From Isurus oxyrinchus (lineage: Eukaryota), in assembly GCA_026770705.1 (NCBI GenBank), contig JANJGN010000001.1, positions 21,328,001-21,392,000 of the forward strand: a stretch of DNA of 64,000 nt, read 5' to 3'. The first letter of the stretch is position 1. Each line of letters begins with the position of its first letter. This document shows, piece by piece, positions 1 to 11,179 of the stretch. Below the pieces are notes generated by a model that saw only the letters and a list, made by a program, of their open reading frames with translations, searched no databases and was not told the DNA's origin. A program made the translations under genes and the position numbers.

Positions 1-275
1 TCTGCTAACTGTGCTCACATATTGGCAGCACACATAAATACCACTCACACAACCCATTTAGATAGGCATGTTTTGCTGGTTGCATTGGCTATATTTTTTG
101 AGTAATTACCACTGCTGAAACATGTTCATCATAAAGTATGTGTGATACATTTTACCTTCTAATTTAGCTTGGCAAAATAAACTGGCCAGATAAGGTGGAA
201 ATTTACTGAGCAGCAGAATGGCAGTGGTGGAGATTCCTAAGGGGTGCTAGCTTTCATCATCAGAATAAAGCTGTG

Positions 276-281
276 TTTATT
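276..281 (-). terminator. Candidate polyadenylation signal AATAAA of the minus-strand gene
   Basis: tttatt on + about 150 nt past the predicted stop. Confidence 0.35.
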
Positions 282-431
282 TGTGCTGCAACACTAGGGG
301 GAGCACTTGCTACAAATGTGCAGATGGAACGTCAGGACCAGCTTTTCATAGATATGGGAAGACACCGTGGACCTCTTAAAAATGGCAAGTGGGACCTGGA
401 TGTGGAAGTTCTGCCCCTGTTTCTGACAGAT

Positions 432-510
432 TCAAATTTTGGCAGAAGGGGGTGGGGTGTGATTCACACAAGCAGGAAACTCAAACTCAGCAGGACATTT
501 AAACTTGGTG
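432..510 (-). CDS. Putative uncharacterised gene, terminal coding exon D (STKFKCPAEFEFPACVNHTPPPSAKI*)
   Basis: Acceptor tttgtttgatatag|, phase 2 in, TGA at 434-432, minus-strand AATAAA at 281-276. Confidence 0.4.
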
Positions 511-1116
511 CTATATCAAACAAATCCTTTTTCTGGTTGCATTGGCTATATTTTTAAAATTTGGGTAATTTCCACTGCTGAACTATGTTCATCATAAAGC
601 ATATGTGATACATTTCACCTTCTAATTTAGCCTGGCAAAATAAACCCTGTTTTGGCTGTTCTAAGGGCCATAACCTGCAGTGTGGGAGTTATAAATAACA
701 CCCTTGAAGGTCGATAAGGTCAGTTTAAGTGTCATGATCTGAAGCTTTTTTTTCAATCCCCCATTCTTTAAAATTGAAAAAAATGCTCTGCTGGATGCTT
801 TAAGAAAACACTCTGCTGGACTGCAATGAATGACCGGCCATCTAGTGTCAGCTAGAAAATGTTATCGACCTGCTGAGTTTTTCCAGGTAATTCTGATTTT
901 GTTTTTTATCAACTGTTAATATAATTTCATTTGAGCTGTTTGTTAACATTTCCCAAGGGCTATTATGCTTCGCTGAGTTTCAAAAGCTACAGTTATCTCT
1001 GAGTTCAGAGTTTGATAGTTTAAAAAAACTATTAAAGGATTAGCTGTCTTTGATGCTGAATCTGAATAAAAGTTTGTTTTTATAAGAGATTAACCACTTG
1101 AGAAATCTTAAAACTT

Positions 1117-3325
1117 CGTTCACGGGTTGTGGGTTTCACTGGCTGGGCCAGCATTCATTGCTCGTCCCTAATTGCCCTTGAGAAGATGGTGGTGAGCAAC
1201 CTTCTTTAACCTGTGATCTAGGTATACACACACTGCTGTTAGGAAGGAAGTTCCAGGATTTTGACACAACGACAGTGAAGTCAGGACAGTGAGTGATTTG
1301 GAGGGGAACTTCCAGATAATGGTGTTCCCATCTATCTGCTGCACTTATTCTTCTAGATGGTAATGGTAGTGAATTTGGAAGGTGCTGTCAAACAGCCTTG
1401 CTGAATTCCTGCAGTGCATCTTGTAGCTGTTACTATGTGTCGGTGGTGGAGGGAGTGAATGTTTGTGGATGTGGTGCAAATCAAGTGGGCTGCTTTGTCC
1501 TGGATAGGTCAAGCTTCTTTAGTGTTGTGGGAGCTGCACTCATCCAGGCAGGTGATAATGGGAGATTCAGTGATGGTAATGCCATTGATAGTCAAGGGGG
1601 GATGGTTAGATTCTCTCTTGTTGGAGATGGTCATTGCCTGGCACTTATGTAGCATGAAAGTCACTTGCCATTTGTCAACCCAAGCCTGGGTATTGCCCAG
1701 GTCTTGCTGCATTTGGACATGGACTGCTTCAAGCATCTGAGGAGTCGTGAATGGTGCTGAACATTGTGCAATCATCAGCGAACATCTCCACTTCTGACCT
1801 TATGATGGAAGGAAGGTCATTGATGAAGCAGCTGAAGATTGTTGGGCTGAGGACACTATCCGGAGGAACTCCTGCAGCAATGTCCTGGAGCTGAGATGAC
1901 TGACCTCCAACAACTCACAACCATTTTCCTTTGTGCTAGGTATGACTCCAACGAGTGCAGAGTTTTCCCTCTGATTCCCGTTGACTCCAGTTTTGCTAGG
2001 GCTCCTGGATACCACACTCAGTCAAATGCGACCTTGATATTGAGGGCAGTCACTCTCACCTCACCTCGGGAGTTCAACTCTTCTGTCTGTTTGAACCAAA
2101 GCTGTAATGAGGTCAGGAGCTGAGTGGCCCTGGCGGAACACAGACTGGGCATCAGTGAGCAGGTTATTGCTAAGCAAGTGAGGCTTGATAGCACGTTGAT
2201 GACCCCTTCCATTGCTTTACTGATGATTGAGAGTAGGCTGATGGGGCGGTAATTGGCTGGGTTGGATTTGTCCTGCTTTGTATACAGGGCATACTTGGGC
2301 AATTTTCCACATAGCCAGGTAGATGCCAGTGTTATAGCTGTACTGGAACAGCTTGGCAAGGGGCACAGCAAGTTCTGGAGAACAAGTCTACAATACTATT
2401 GCCTGGAATATTGTCAGGGCCCATAGCCTTTGCAGTATCCAGTACCTTCAGTCGTTTCTTGATATTACGTGGAGTGAATCGATTTGGTTGAAGACTGGCA
2501 TCTGTGATGCTGGGGTTCTCCGGAAGAGACCAAGATGGATCAACCAGATGGTACTTCTGGCTGAAGATTGCAGCAAATGCTTCAGCCTTATCATTTGCAC
2601 TGATATGCTCGGCTCCCCCATCATTGAGAATGGGGATATTTGTGGAGCCTCCTCCTCCAGTGAGTTGTTTAATTGTCCACCACCATTCATGACTGATGTG
2701 GCAGGACTGCAGAGCTTAGATCTGATCCGTTGGTTGTGGGATCGCCTAGCCCTGTCTATCACCTGCTGCTTATGCTCTTTGGCATGCAATTAGTCCTGTG
2801 CTATAGCTTCACCAGGTTGACACCTCATTTTTAGGAATGCCTGATGCTGCTCCTGGCATTCCCTTCTGCACTCTTCAATGAACCAGGTTTGATTCCCTGA
2901 CTTGATGGTAATGGTAGAGTGGGGGATATGCTGGGCCATGAGATTGCATATTGTGTTTGAGTACAATTCTGCTGCTGCTGATGGCCCACAGTGTCTCATG
3001 GATGCCCAGTCCTGAGTTGCTAGACCTGTTCGAAATCTATCCCACTTAGCATGGTGGTAGTGCCACACAACACGATGGAGGGTATCCTCAATGTGAAGGT
3101 GGTCACTCCTACCGATGCTGTCATGGACAGATGCATCTGTGGCAGGCAGGTTGGTGAGGACGAGGTCAAGTATGTCTTCCCCTCTTGTTGATTCCCTCAC
3201 CACCTGCCACAGATGCAGTCAAGCAGCTATGCCCTTTAGGACTTGGCCAGCTCGGTCAGTAGTGGTACTACCAAGCCACTCTTGGTCATGGACATGGAAG
3301 TCCCCCACCCAGAGTACATTCTGCC
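1117..3325 (-). mobile_element. Decayed L2/CR1-group LINE (called family A here), ORF2 fragments plus 3' end
   Basis: Minus-strand peptides TRGEDILDLVLTN (endonuclease end) and QDKSNPANYRPISLLSIISK (RT start), with frameshifts and stops; 3' tail shared with other copies. Confidence 0.9.
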
Positions 3326-4500
3326 ATTGGGAAAATGTTTGAAGCTTTGATTAAAGATGTTAAAGCAGGGCACTTGGAAAAAGTTAAGGTAATCAGGCAA
3401 ACTCAGCATGGTTTTGTGAAAGGGAAATCATGTTTAACCAATTTATTGGAATTCTTTGAAGAAGTAACGTATGTTGTGAACATACTATATATCACAATGT
3501 ATATTGTGGATATACCATATTTAGATTTCCAGAAGGCATTTGCTGAGGTGCCAAATCAAAGCTTATTGCGAAAAATAAAAGATCATGGTGTACGGGGTAA
3601 CATATTGGCATGGATAGAGGAATGGCTGGCTAACAGGAAACAGAGAGTAGGCATAAATGTGTCTTTTTCTGGTTGGCGAGATGTAACAAGTGGTGTGCCA
3701 TAGGGATCAGTGCTGGGGCCTCAAATTTTTATAATTTATATGGATGAAGTGACCGAAGGTATGGTTGCTCTATTTGCTGATGACACAAAGATAAGTATGA
3801 AAGTAAGATGTGAAGAAGATACAAGGAAGCTATAAAGGGTTCTAGATAGGTTAAGTGAATGGCCAAAGACCTGGCAAATGAAGCATAATGTGAGAAGGTA
3901 TGAAATTGTCCATTTTGACAGGAAAAATAAAAAAGGAGCATATTATCTAAATGGTGAGAAATTGCAGAGCTCTGAGATGCAGAGGGATTTGGGTGTTCTA
4001 GTGTATGAAAGACTAGTATGCAGGTTCAGCAAGTTATGAGGAAAGCTAATAGAATGTTATCATTTTTTGCAAGGGGAATTGAATACAGAAGTAGGGAGGT
4101 TATCCTTCAGTTGTACAGGGCATTGGTGAGACCACATCTGGAATACTGTGTACAGTATTGATTTCCTTATTTAAGGAAGGATGTAAATGCATTGGAAGCA
4201 GTTCAGAGAAGGTTTACTAAACTGATACCTGGAATGTGTGAGTTGTCTTATGAGGAAAGGTTGGACAGGTTAGGTTTGTACCTGCTGGAGTTTAGAAGAG
4301 TAAGAGATGACTTGATTGGAACATAAGATGCTGAGAGGTCTTAATTAGGGTCAGTGTGGAGATGTTTCCTGTTGTGGGAGAACCTATTACTAGGGGGTCA
4401 CTGTTTAAAAATAAGGATGAAATGCAGAGAATTTTTTTTTCTCTGAGGGCTGAGAGTCTTTGGAACTCTCTTCCTCAAAAGGGGGTGGAAGCAGAGTCTT
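3326..4500 (+). mobile_element. CR1 LINE RT fragment
   Basis: QHGFVKGKSCLTNLLEFFEEVT..YLDFQKAF..VTSGVP motifs. Confidence 0.92.
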
Positions 4501-4501
4501 A

Positions 4502-6768
4502 GGGCGGAATCGTCCCAGATTTGCTTAAAATGCGGCTACAGGCAGGAAAAAATTTGATCTACCCACCAGCCGCAACGGCAGGCTTTCACACCATATCGTT
4601 TCCCTCCCGCCTCGTTAATTATTCACTCATGGAGGGGGCATGCCATGCCATCATCTCACTGCATTGTCACGCCGGGCGCCATATTTAAACTGCAGCCGCG
4701 TGCACACCTCTCAGTGCTTCCAGGCCAGGACTTCTGCCCAGAAGATATGGCCCTGAAAGGGAAGAAGACTGCAGCCCCCCCCAATACAATGCCGTGTTCC
4801 TGGCCTCATGCTGTGGAGGCCCACCATGATTTCCTGTACCCCCCGCTCTGGCCGCAGGAGGGGCAGCAACATCAATCCTACGTGAGAGGCGGTGGCAGTG
4901 GTGGTCAGTGCCAATGCTGCCCACAAGAGGTCAGCCATCCAGTGCAGAAAGAGGATGAATGATCTCATCTGTGCCGCCAGGATAAGTCAACCATCTCATC
5001 ACTCTAAACTCACCCACTCACAAGCTCATCACACATTCACTGGCAGCTCACTCACTGCCAGCTCAAGGGACATCATCAATCACTCTCTCTCACACACCCT
5101 CACATCTCCATCTGGCCTCATCTCCTCTGGAGATTGCCTTCTCATTCTGTCCATGGCTCCACTCAGCACACATGCACATCTGGCATCCTTCTCATTTGGC
5201 CTGGCATGCTCTTGCTTCTTGGCTTTCTTGATCCGGGTTGAAATGCACAAAGCTGTGTGCCTTTGCAAACATGGTGTCCGTGCCTCATGGATGCACTTGT
5301 GCGTAGAGGCTTGTGAAACCCCAGAGGTCACACGTGGAGCCTTGGAAGGAGAGACTGGTATTAAAATTGAGCACCACAGTCACTTTCATGGCCACTGGCA
5401 GTGGATGCTCTCCATGTCCCCGTGGCACCAAATCCTGCAGCAGGTAGCACACGTGACTGACCAGTTCCCTGGACATGCGCAGTCTTCAGTGGCACTGGTT
5501 CTTAGTCACCTGCAGGAATGACAAGCGCTGTGTGTAGACCCTGGGTCTAGCTAGGCGCTGACCCGTAATGGCTCACTGTGGCTCTTCAGTGGCATGTGTG
5601 GGAGCCCCAGCCGCCCCTTCCTCTGGACGGTGCTGCTCTTCCTTCTGTGCAGCCAGGTGCCTCTGTCACTCCCTTCTCCTTCATCTCAGCTCCCTGTAAA
5701 CCATGAGGCATACAGCTATGTTACCAGGCTCCATGCTCCTGATGTACTTCTCCTGCAGGATGATAGAGAGAGATAGGTAGGTTAGCATTGCTCTCCTAGG
5801 GACCTCTCATGGTTACATGTGTGGCTTCAGCTCCATCTGAAGGCCCCTTAACGCATGCTGGAGAGTGCTGGCCACCAATTGGATGCCCAAAGTTTAGTGC
5901 ACTGCATGGCTGCCCAAAGCCCCACCTTCCTCTGGCCCACTCCACCTGACCGATTGGCAGCAGCTTTGCCCATTGGACTGCATGCTGTGCTCTCAGCTCA
6001 TGTGCAGGCATTCTCCTAACCTGCACTGCAAGGCTGCACTATTAGCTTGAACCATGGGAGAGACTGGTCCAAACCAGGATTATGACATTGCAAGGGGCTG
6101 TTAGTGCCTCCACCAGTGACTGTTCCATGGCCAGCTTTCGCAAGGTAATTGTACAACTTGCCCTGTAGTCCAATTGTTCTGCAGCCTCCTAAAACGCTCA
6201 TTAGCTTGCAGTCTGCATCCAGTTGATGGCACTTTCATGCCTCTGCATTACTTGAGTGGTTAAGCTAGAGGCTGACTCCATGTCAATGTAGCTTGCCTGA
6301 ACTGTCTCAGCTGCAGAAGAATGCTCACTTTTTACAAGGTTTCCCTAATGCGTGGCCGCTTCCCTCACCCCCTCTGCATGTGCTTATGCACTACCATCAC
6401 GCTATACTGCCTTGCATCCCAAACGCCCCCCCCCCCCCCACCCACCGCTCGCCCAACCACAGTGCAGCCCTTGCCCCTGCATTGCACTGCCAGCCATCCA
6501 GGAAAAAGCGAGTTGACTGTGCCCTCACCTGAATGCACGGCACTTGAAATTGAGCGGGTGACCTTTGTGAGCGCAACATTAGTGCGCAAATTCCTCCGAG
6601 TTTTCCTCAAAGTTCAGCTCGCCAGGTGCGCACCTTTTAAATGCTGTTGTGAATCACGTCGTTCTGAAGCCATGCTGACATGGGAGGTAAATTCGATGTG
6701 GAAGGGATGATTCTGGCAGGCAGGCAAGACGACGAGATGCAAATATACTGAAATGACGTTTCTGACAT
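4502..6768. mobile_element. PIF/Harbinger DNA transposon, internally deleted; Myb/SANT-like ORF on +, transposase fragment on -
   Basis: Terminal gggcggaatcgtcccagatttgc; KRSAIQCRKRMNDLI on +; HARBI1-like MSRELVSHVCYLLQDL..LPVAMKVTVVLNF..SFQGSTCDL..SQASTHKCIHE on - (about 5260-5480). Confidence 0.85.
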
Positions 6769-7338
6769 TGGAGGAACAGCACCTCACCTTCTGACTAGGC
6801 ACTTTACAGCCTTCCGGACTGAATATTGAGTTCAACAATTTTAGATCTTGAACTCGCTCCTCCATCCCCACCCCTTTCTGTTTCTTCCTCCTCCTTTTTG
6901 TTTTTTCCAATAATTTATAAAGATTTTTCTTTTCCCACCTATTTCCATTATTTTAAATATATTTCCACCCATTGTTTATCTCTTCCTTTTAGTATTATTT
7001 CACCCCACTCCCCACGAGAGCTATCTGTACCTTGCCTGTCTTGATTTCTACTCTTAATTAGCACATTCCTTTAGATAATATCACCACCTTCAACACCTCT
7101 TTGTTCTTTTGCCTGTGACATCTTTTGGTTATCTCCACCTATTCCTGACTGCTTGTCCTAACAACCCCACCACCACCCCCCCCCCCCCCCCATAAAACCA
7201 GCTTATATTTCAAACCTTTCCTATTTATACTTAGTTCTGTTGAAGGGTCATGAGGACTCGAAACGTCAACTGTGTTCTTCTCCGCCGATGCTGCTAGACC
7301 TGCTGAGTTTTTCCAGGTATTTCTGTTTCTGTTTTTGT
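6769..7338 (+). mobile_element. Penelope-like element 3' portion
   Basis: LEEQHL..LGTLQPSGLNIEFNNF C-terminus of the GIY-YIG domain followed by the family tail; same family as 32349-33180. Confidence 0.88.
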
Positions 7339-7344
7339 TACCTA

Positions 7345-7640
7345 AGTTACTGATACTGCCTCAGCCCCACAACCCTTTGAGATATCTGCACTCCTGTAAT
7401 TCTTGGAGCTTCCCAATTTTAATCACTGGAATTCCCTCCCTACACTTCACTGCTTCTCTACCTCGCTTTCCCCCTTAAAGACCCTTCTTAAAACCTACCT
7501 CTTTAACCAAACTTTTGGTCATCTGACCTAATATCTCTTTATTTAACTTGGTGCCATAGTCTGTTTTATAATGCTCTTGTGAAGTGCCTTGGGATGTTTC
7601 ATTATTTTAAAGGCATTATATAAATATAAGTTATTGTTGA
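7345..7640 (+). mobile_element. L2 LINE 3' fragment
   Basis: ..cttaaaacctacctctttaaccaa..gtgaagtgccttgggatgttt..tataaatataagttattgttg tail. Confidence 0.7.
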
Positions 7641-7741
7641 GGTGCCAAATTGAAAGTAACCATGACAAGAACCACTTCTATCTACTTTGAGTTCCAACTA
7701 CATAGCTAAGACTGGAGCTTACATTTACTGCCAGGTTTCAC

Positions 7742-7820
7742 CTATGGACTATCCGCCCTTTTATCTTAACATTTGAAAATGACACCTTGACATTACGCAC
7801 ATCTGTTACGCGCCATTTAA
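7742..7820 (-). CDS. Putative uncharacterised gene, coding exon C (FKWRVTDVRNVKVSFSNVKIKGRIVH)
   Basis: Acceptor tttaatatag|, 79 nt, phase 1 in and 2 out at AG|gtgaaa. Retains several CpGs within AT-rich surroundings. Confidence 0.5.
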
Positions 7821-8428
7821 CTATATTAAACCAGGAGCTAATTACTGATTGCTTAGTTACACAAAAATGAACTTGTATAAAATTTCATGACAGCAACAGA
7901 TTTCCTTATCCTTCCACCAATTTACGAGGTGCAGTGAGAGACAAGAAGCAAAGATAAAATTAATGTGTAGCCATTTTGCAAAATAATGACATTTTTAACA
8001 TATCAGAGGAAATTGTCCAGTGGAGTATGAAACACTTCTAACAGTAAATGTATATGAATGTATTTATTTATAATTTTATTTACATATTTACTTATGATCC
8101 CTAAGTAAATTATGGTTGACAATTTGCTGCTGGTGGTAACAACGTGGCTGAGTACAAAGGTGGCTAAAATTATGCTAATTAATCAATGTGAAAATCTTTA
8201 AAGATCAAAATGGAAAGGAACCAGCTTTCATGGGGTGAAATCACCAAAGGAAGTGTGATGCTTCAATAAAGTTCACTCTCTCATACCTCATACAATCTAT
8301 CTGTTGATCAACATATTGTGAATAAAGCCATGTAAGGATATGTAAAGGTTGAAACACAATACTTAACTTTCTACAATCAGGATACAATTGTCTTTGTGTT
8401 CATCACTGTAGCAGTACATCCATTTTGC

Positions 8429-8654
8429 GCTTGGCCTAAATAGCCAAGTGGTTATGGTACTGGGTTTGTAATCCCAAGATCAAGAGTTCAAATCTCACAA
8501 TGGCAAACTATGAAACAATGTAACTTCATCTGAAACAGATGGAAATGGGTTTGTGCTCGAAAGAGTATCAAGAGTTCAAATCTCACAATGGCAAACTATG
8601 AAACAATGTAACTTCATCTGAAACAGATGGAAATGTGTTTGTACTCGAAAGAGT
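8429..8654 (+). mobile_element. tRNA-derived short retroposon with 14-bp TSD and 88-bp internal tandem duplication
   Basis: TSD tacatccattttgc at 8415-8428 and 8655-8668; A-box-like tagccaagtgg and B-box-like gagttcaaatc; repeat units 8479-8566 and 8567-8654. Confidence 0.85.
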
Positions 8655-9324
8655 TACATCCATTTTGCCAGCCATCAGGGGTTTGGAAGCTATGCTACTC
8701 TGGCACTTAAGCCACAGATCCTATCTCATGCTTCAAGATTAGACTTCCTTTTGTTTGGTTTTGGACTAATGCTTCCCACTGCCATTCCAATGCTTGGAAA
8801 TTACACCCACCTTCATTTTGCCACTTTCTTTTAATTGACTGCATCCAGTCAAATTATCCTGGCAGCTCAAAGCTCATAAGTGCTGCTAGTGTCATTCTGG
8901 GTTCCTTAGCACCTGCTCCAATGTGCATAGGGAACATTTTCTAATTAAGTACCTGACTTGAACTCATGTTTGCAGATGAGTGCACTAGCTATGTATTGCT
9001 TGAGAAGCAGCAGTCCTGCTGTCACTGCAATTGCACCATGCAATTGGCACCCTTGTCTGAAAACAGATCTCAGTTTATGCTGTTTTTGGATTACCATTTA
9101 ATTTGTATTGTTCAGTTATACACTTAACGAAATAGGTTAAATGTATAACTGTTTTATACACTTGATTTATACCAAATTAACTATCAGTAAAATTCTGAAT
9201 CCGTTTTCTGGAGATTAGAGTCTTCTGACCTATTATGTTATTGTACATAGTGAGCACTAAAATACAAAATGGGAAACAAAAGATTGCATACCTGTTAACC
9301 TGTTCCACACCTGCAGTGGCAAAT

Positions 9325-10195
9325 GGACAGGCTCTCTCAAGCCTGCAAAGAGTTTGCTTTGACCACCAACATCAGGAAGACAAATGTCATGGTCAAAGAT
9401 GTTTCCATACTATGATCTATCAGCATTGACAACATGTAATAGCTTCACATATCTGGGCTCCACAATCACCAGCAATCTGTCACTTTATGCTGAAATCACA
9501 AAAGCTGCAGTTATGTTCAAGTTGAGTAAGAGAGTGTGAAACAACAGCAACCTGACTGAGAACATCAAACTGCGAGTCTACCAAGCCTGCGCCCTCAGCA
9601 CACTCCTCAGGTAGTGAGACCTGGACAACAAATGCTAGTCAGGAGAAAAGGCTGAATTTTGCTGACTCAAACATTTCCTCGGCATTTTTTTGGCAGGATA
9701 AGTTCACCAACTCAGGGATCCTGGAGCATGCTAATTCCATCAGCATACACTATTGCTAAACCAACAATGTATGCGCTGGCTCAGCCAAATTCATTGAATG
9801 CACGATGGCCAAAGACCTTCTGTAGGGTGAATTAGTCACTGGGTCACAACCTCCTGGGCATCCATACCTCCACTACAAGGACACCTGCAAGCGAGATATG
9901 AAAATAGTGACCATTGACACGGTCTCTGATGGCTGCGACTTTTAGAGGCTGACTGTTTGGCGAGGCAATGGAAGGGGTGAGCAGAAACAAAAAGGTCAGC
10001 TAGCTGAGAAGAGGGCCCAGGGAAAACAGAGGCCAGTGGATTGTGCACCTTCTCAGCCCACTGTCTTCCTCTGCATCAAATGCAGTAGAGATAGCAATCG
10101 CAGAGTGGAGCACCTGAGCTATACGAGGTGATGCTTAACACAGAGTTGGCCATCCTAGTGCAAACCATTGTATTACAAGATGGAAGGCTGCTACA
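9325..10195 (+). mobile_element. RTE-clade LINE 3' fragment
   Basis: Degenerate ..NIRKTNVM..SFTYLGSTITSNLSL.AEI.. motif typical of the RTE RT C-terminal region. Confidence 0.75.
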
Positions 10196-10504
10196 TTGGA
10201 TGCATGGGTGAGGGGGGCATTTCAGTTATGCTGAGAGAGTAGAGAAACTGGGAGAGAAAGTTAAAGGGAGATTTAATAGAGCTGTTAAAAATCATGAAGG
10301 GTTTTGGTAGAGTAAATAGGGAGAAACAGGCAGAATGGGCTGATTAGCCTCCATTTGTGCTGTATCATTCAAGGAGTTTTTGATTCGTGGATATGGATAG
10401 TCAGCCCAGAAACCATTACAATTGACCAAGAATAAGAGTCCTTCACAACAAAGAATGCTCCACAAGGGATGTCTGTAGAAGGAGTTGATGGAAGCTCTAG
10501 GTTC

Positions 10505-10564
10505 AGGCAGGTTGGTATATTTCAGCAGTTTATTAGGCAGGTTGGTATATTTCAGCAGTTTATT
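10505..10564. repeat. Perfect 30-bp tandem duplication
   Basis: aggcaggttggtatatttcagcagtttatt x2. Confidence 0.95.
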
Positions 10565-10882
10565 ACAGCTCTTCAATTCATCCAATAGGATGCTGTACCC
10601 TGGTAGCTAAAGGAAATCAGGCATGTCAAACTACAGATACCAGTCCAGTTGTGCTGGATTATGAGATTTACTGAAACTATTGATGAGCTTATTCCTGAGG
10701 AAATGCATAAGTAAAAGTTCTATAATCAGATGAAACTTGGTGTGTTAGCTTTTCACCATTAACTTTTTCTTTTAATCAACTGATTGGTAAACTTTAGCTT
10801 AAATCTCATGGTCCAACAGGGTATTTATTAATAGTAATTTGGTCATACAGAATTTGAGTATTGCTGAAAAAAGAGGCTTCAG

Positions 10883-10976
10883 TAAGCTTTTCATGTTGCA
10901 CTCATCAGGACACTCACAATATCACCAATATAAGATATTCTTGTGATGTCTTGATGAGTGCAAGACGAAAAGCTTA
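10883..10976. repeat. Inverted repeat of a Penelope-type tail with hammerhead-like core
   Basis: taagcttttcatgttgcactcatcaggaca ... gtcttgatgagtgcaagacgaaaagctta. Confidence 0.6.
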
Positions 10977-11179
10977 GACATCTCTTTTGTCAGCAACAGA
11001 GTATTTATTCTTTACATATCCAAAGATTAGGAAAATGTGAAAGAACTATCAAGTCCATAAGCAAAACACAGCAACAAGGGTTTCTCTTCAACCACATTGG
11101 AATATTTCATAGATATTTTGGGGATGAACTTTGTGTATGTTGCACCAATGGATTGCATGATAAATAGTTGAGTTTGAAG

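Larger units (their letters stand above)
76..645 (+). repeat. Dispersed direct repeat of about 110 bp (76-182 and 533-645)
   Basis: ctggttgcattggctatattttt..ccactgctgaa..atgttcatcataaag..ccttctaatttagc.tggcaaaataaac occurs twice. Confidence 0.9.

Noticed and set aside
273-557. 94-aa + strand ORF (MFICAATLGG..)
   Set aside because: GTG start, no recognisable homology, and antisense to the better-supported minus-strand terminal exon.
4892-5521. 209-aa ORF as a host gene
   Set aside because: Chance read-through across the Harbinger Myb exon, its intron and the antisense transposase.
8433-8505. Functional tRNA-Thr gene
   Set aside because: No acceptor stem or T-run terminator, and it lies inside TSDs, so it is a SINE head.
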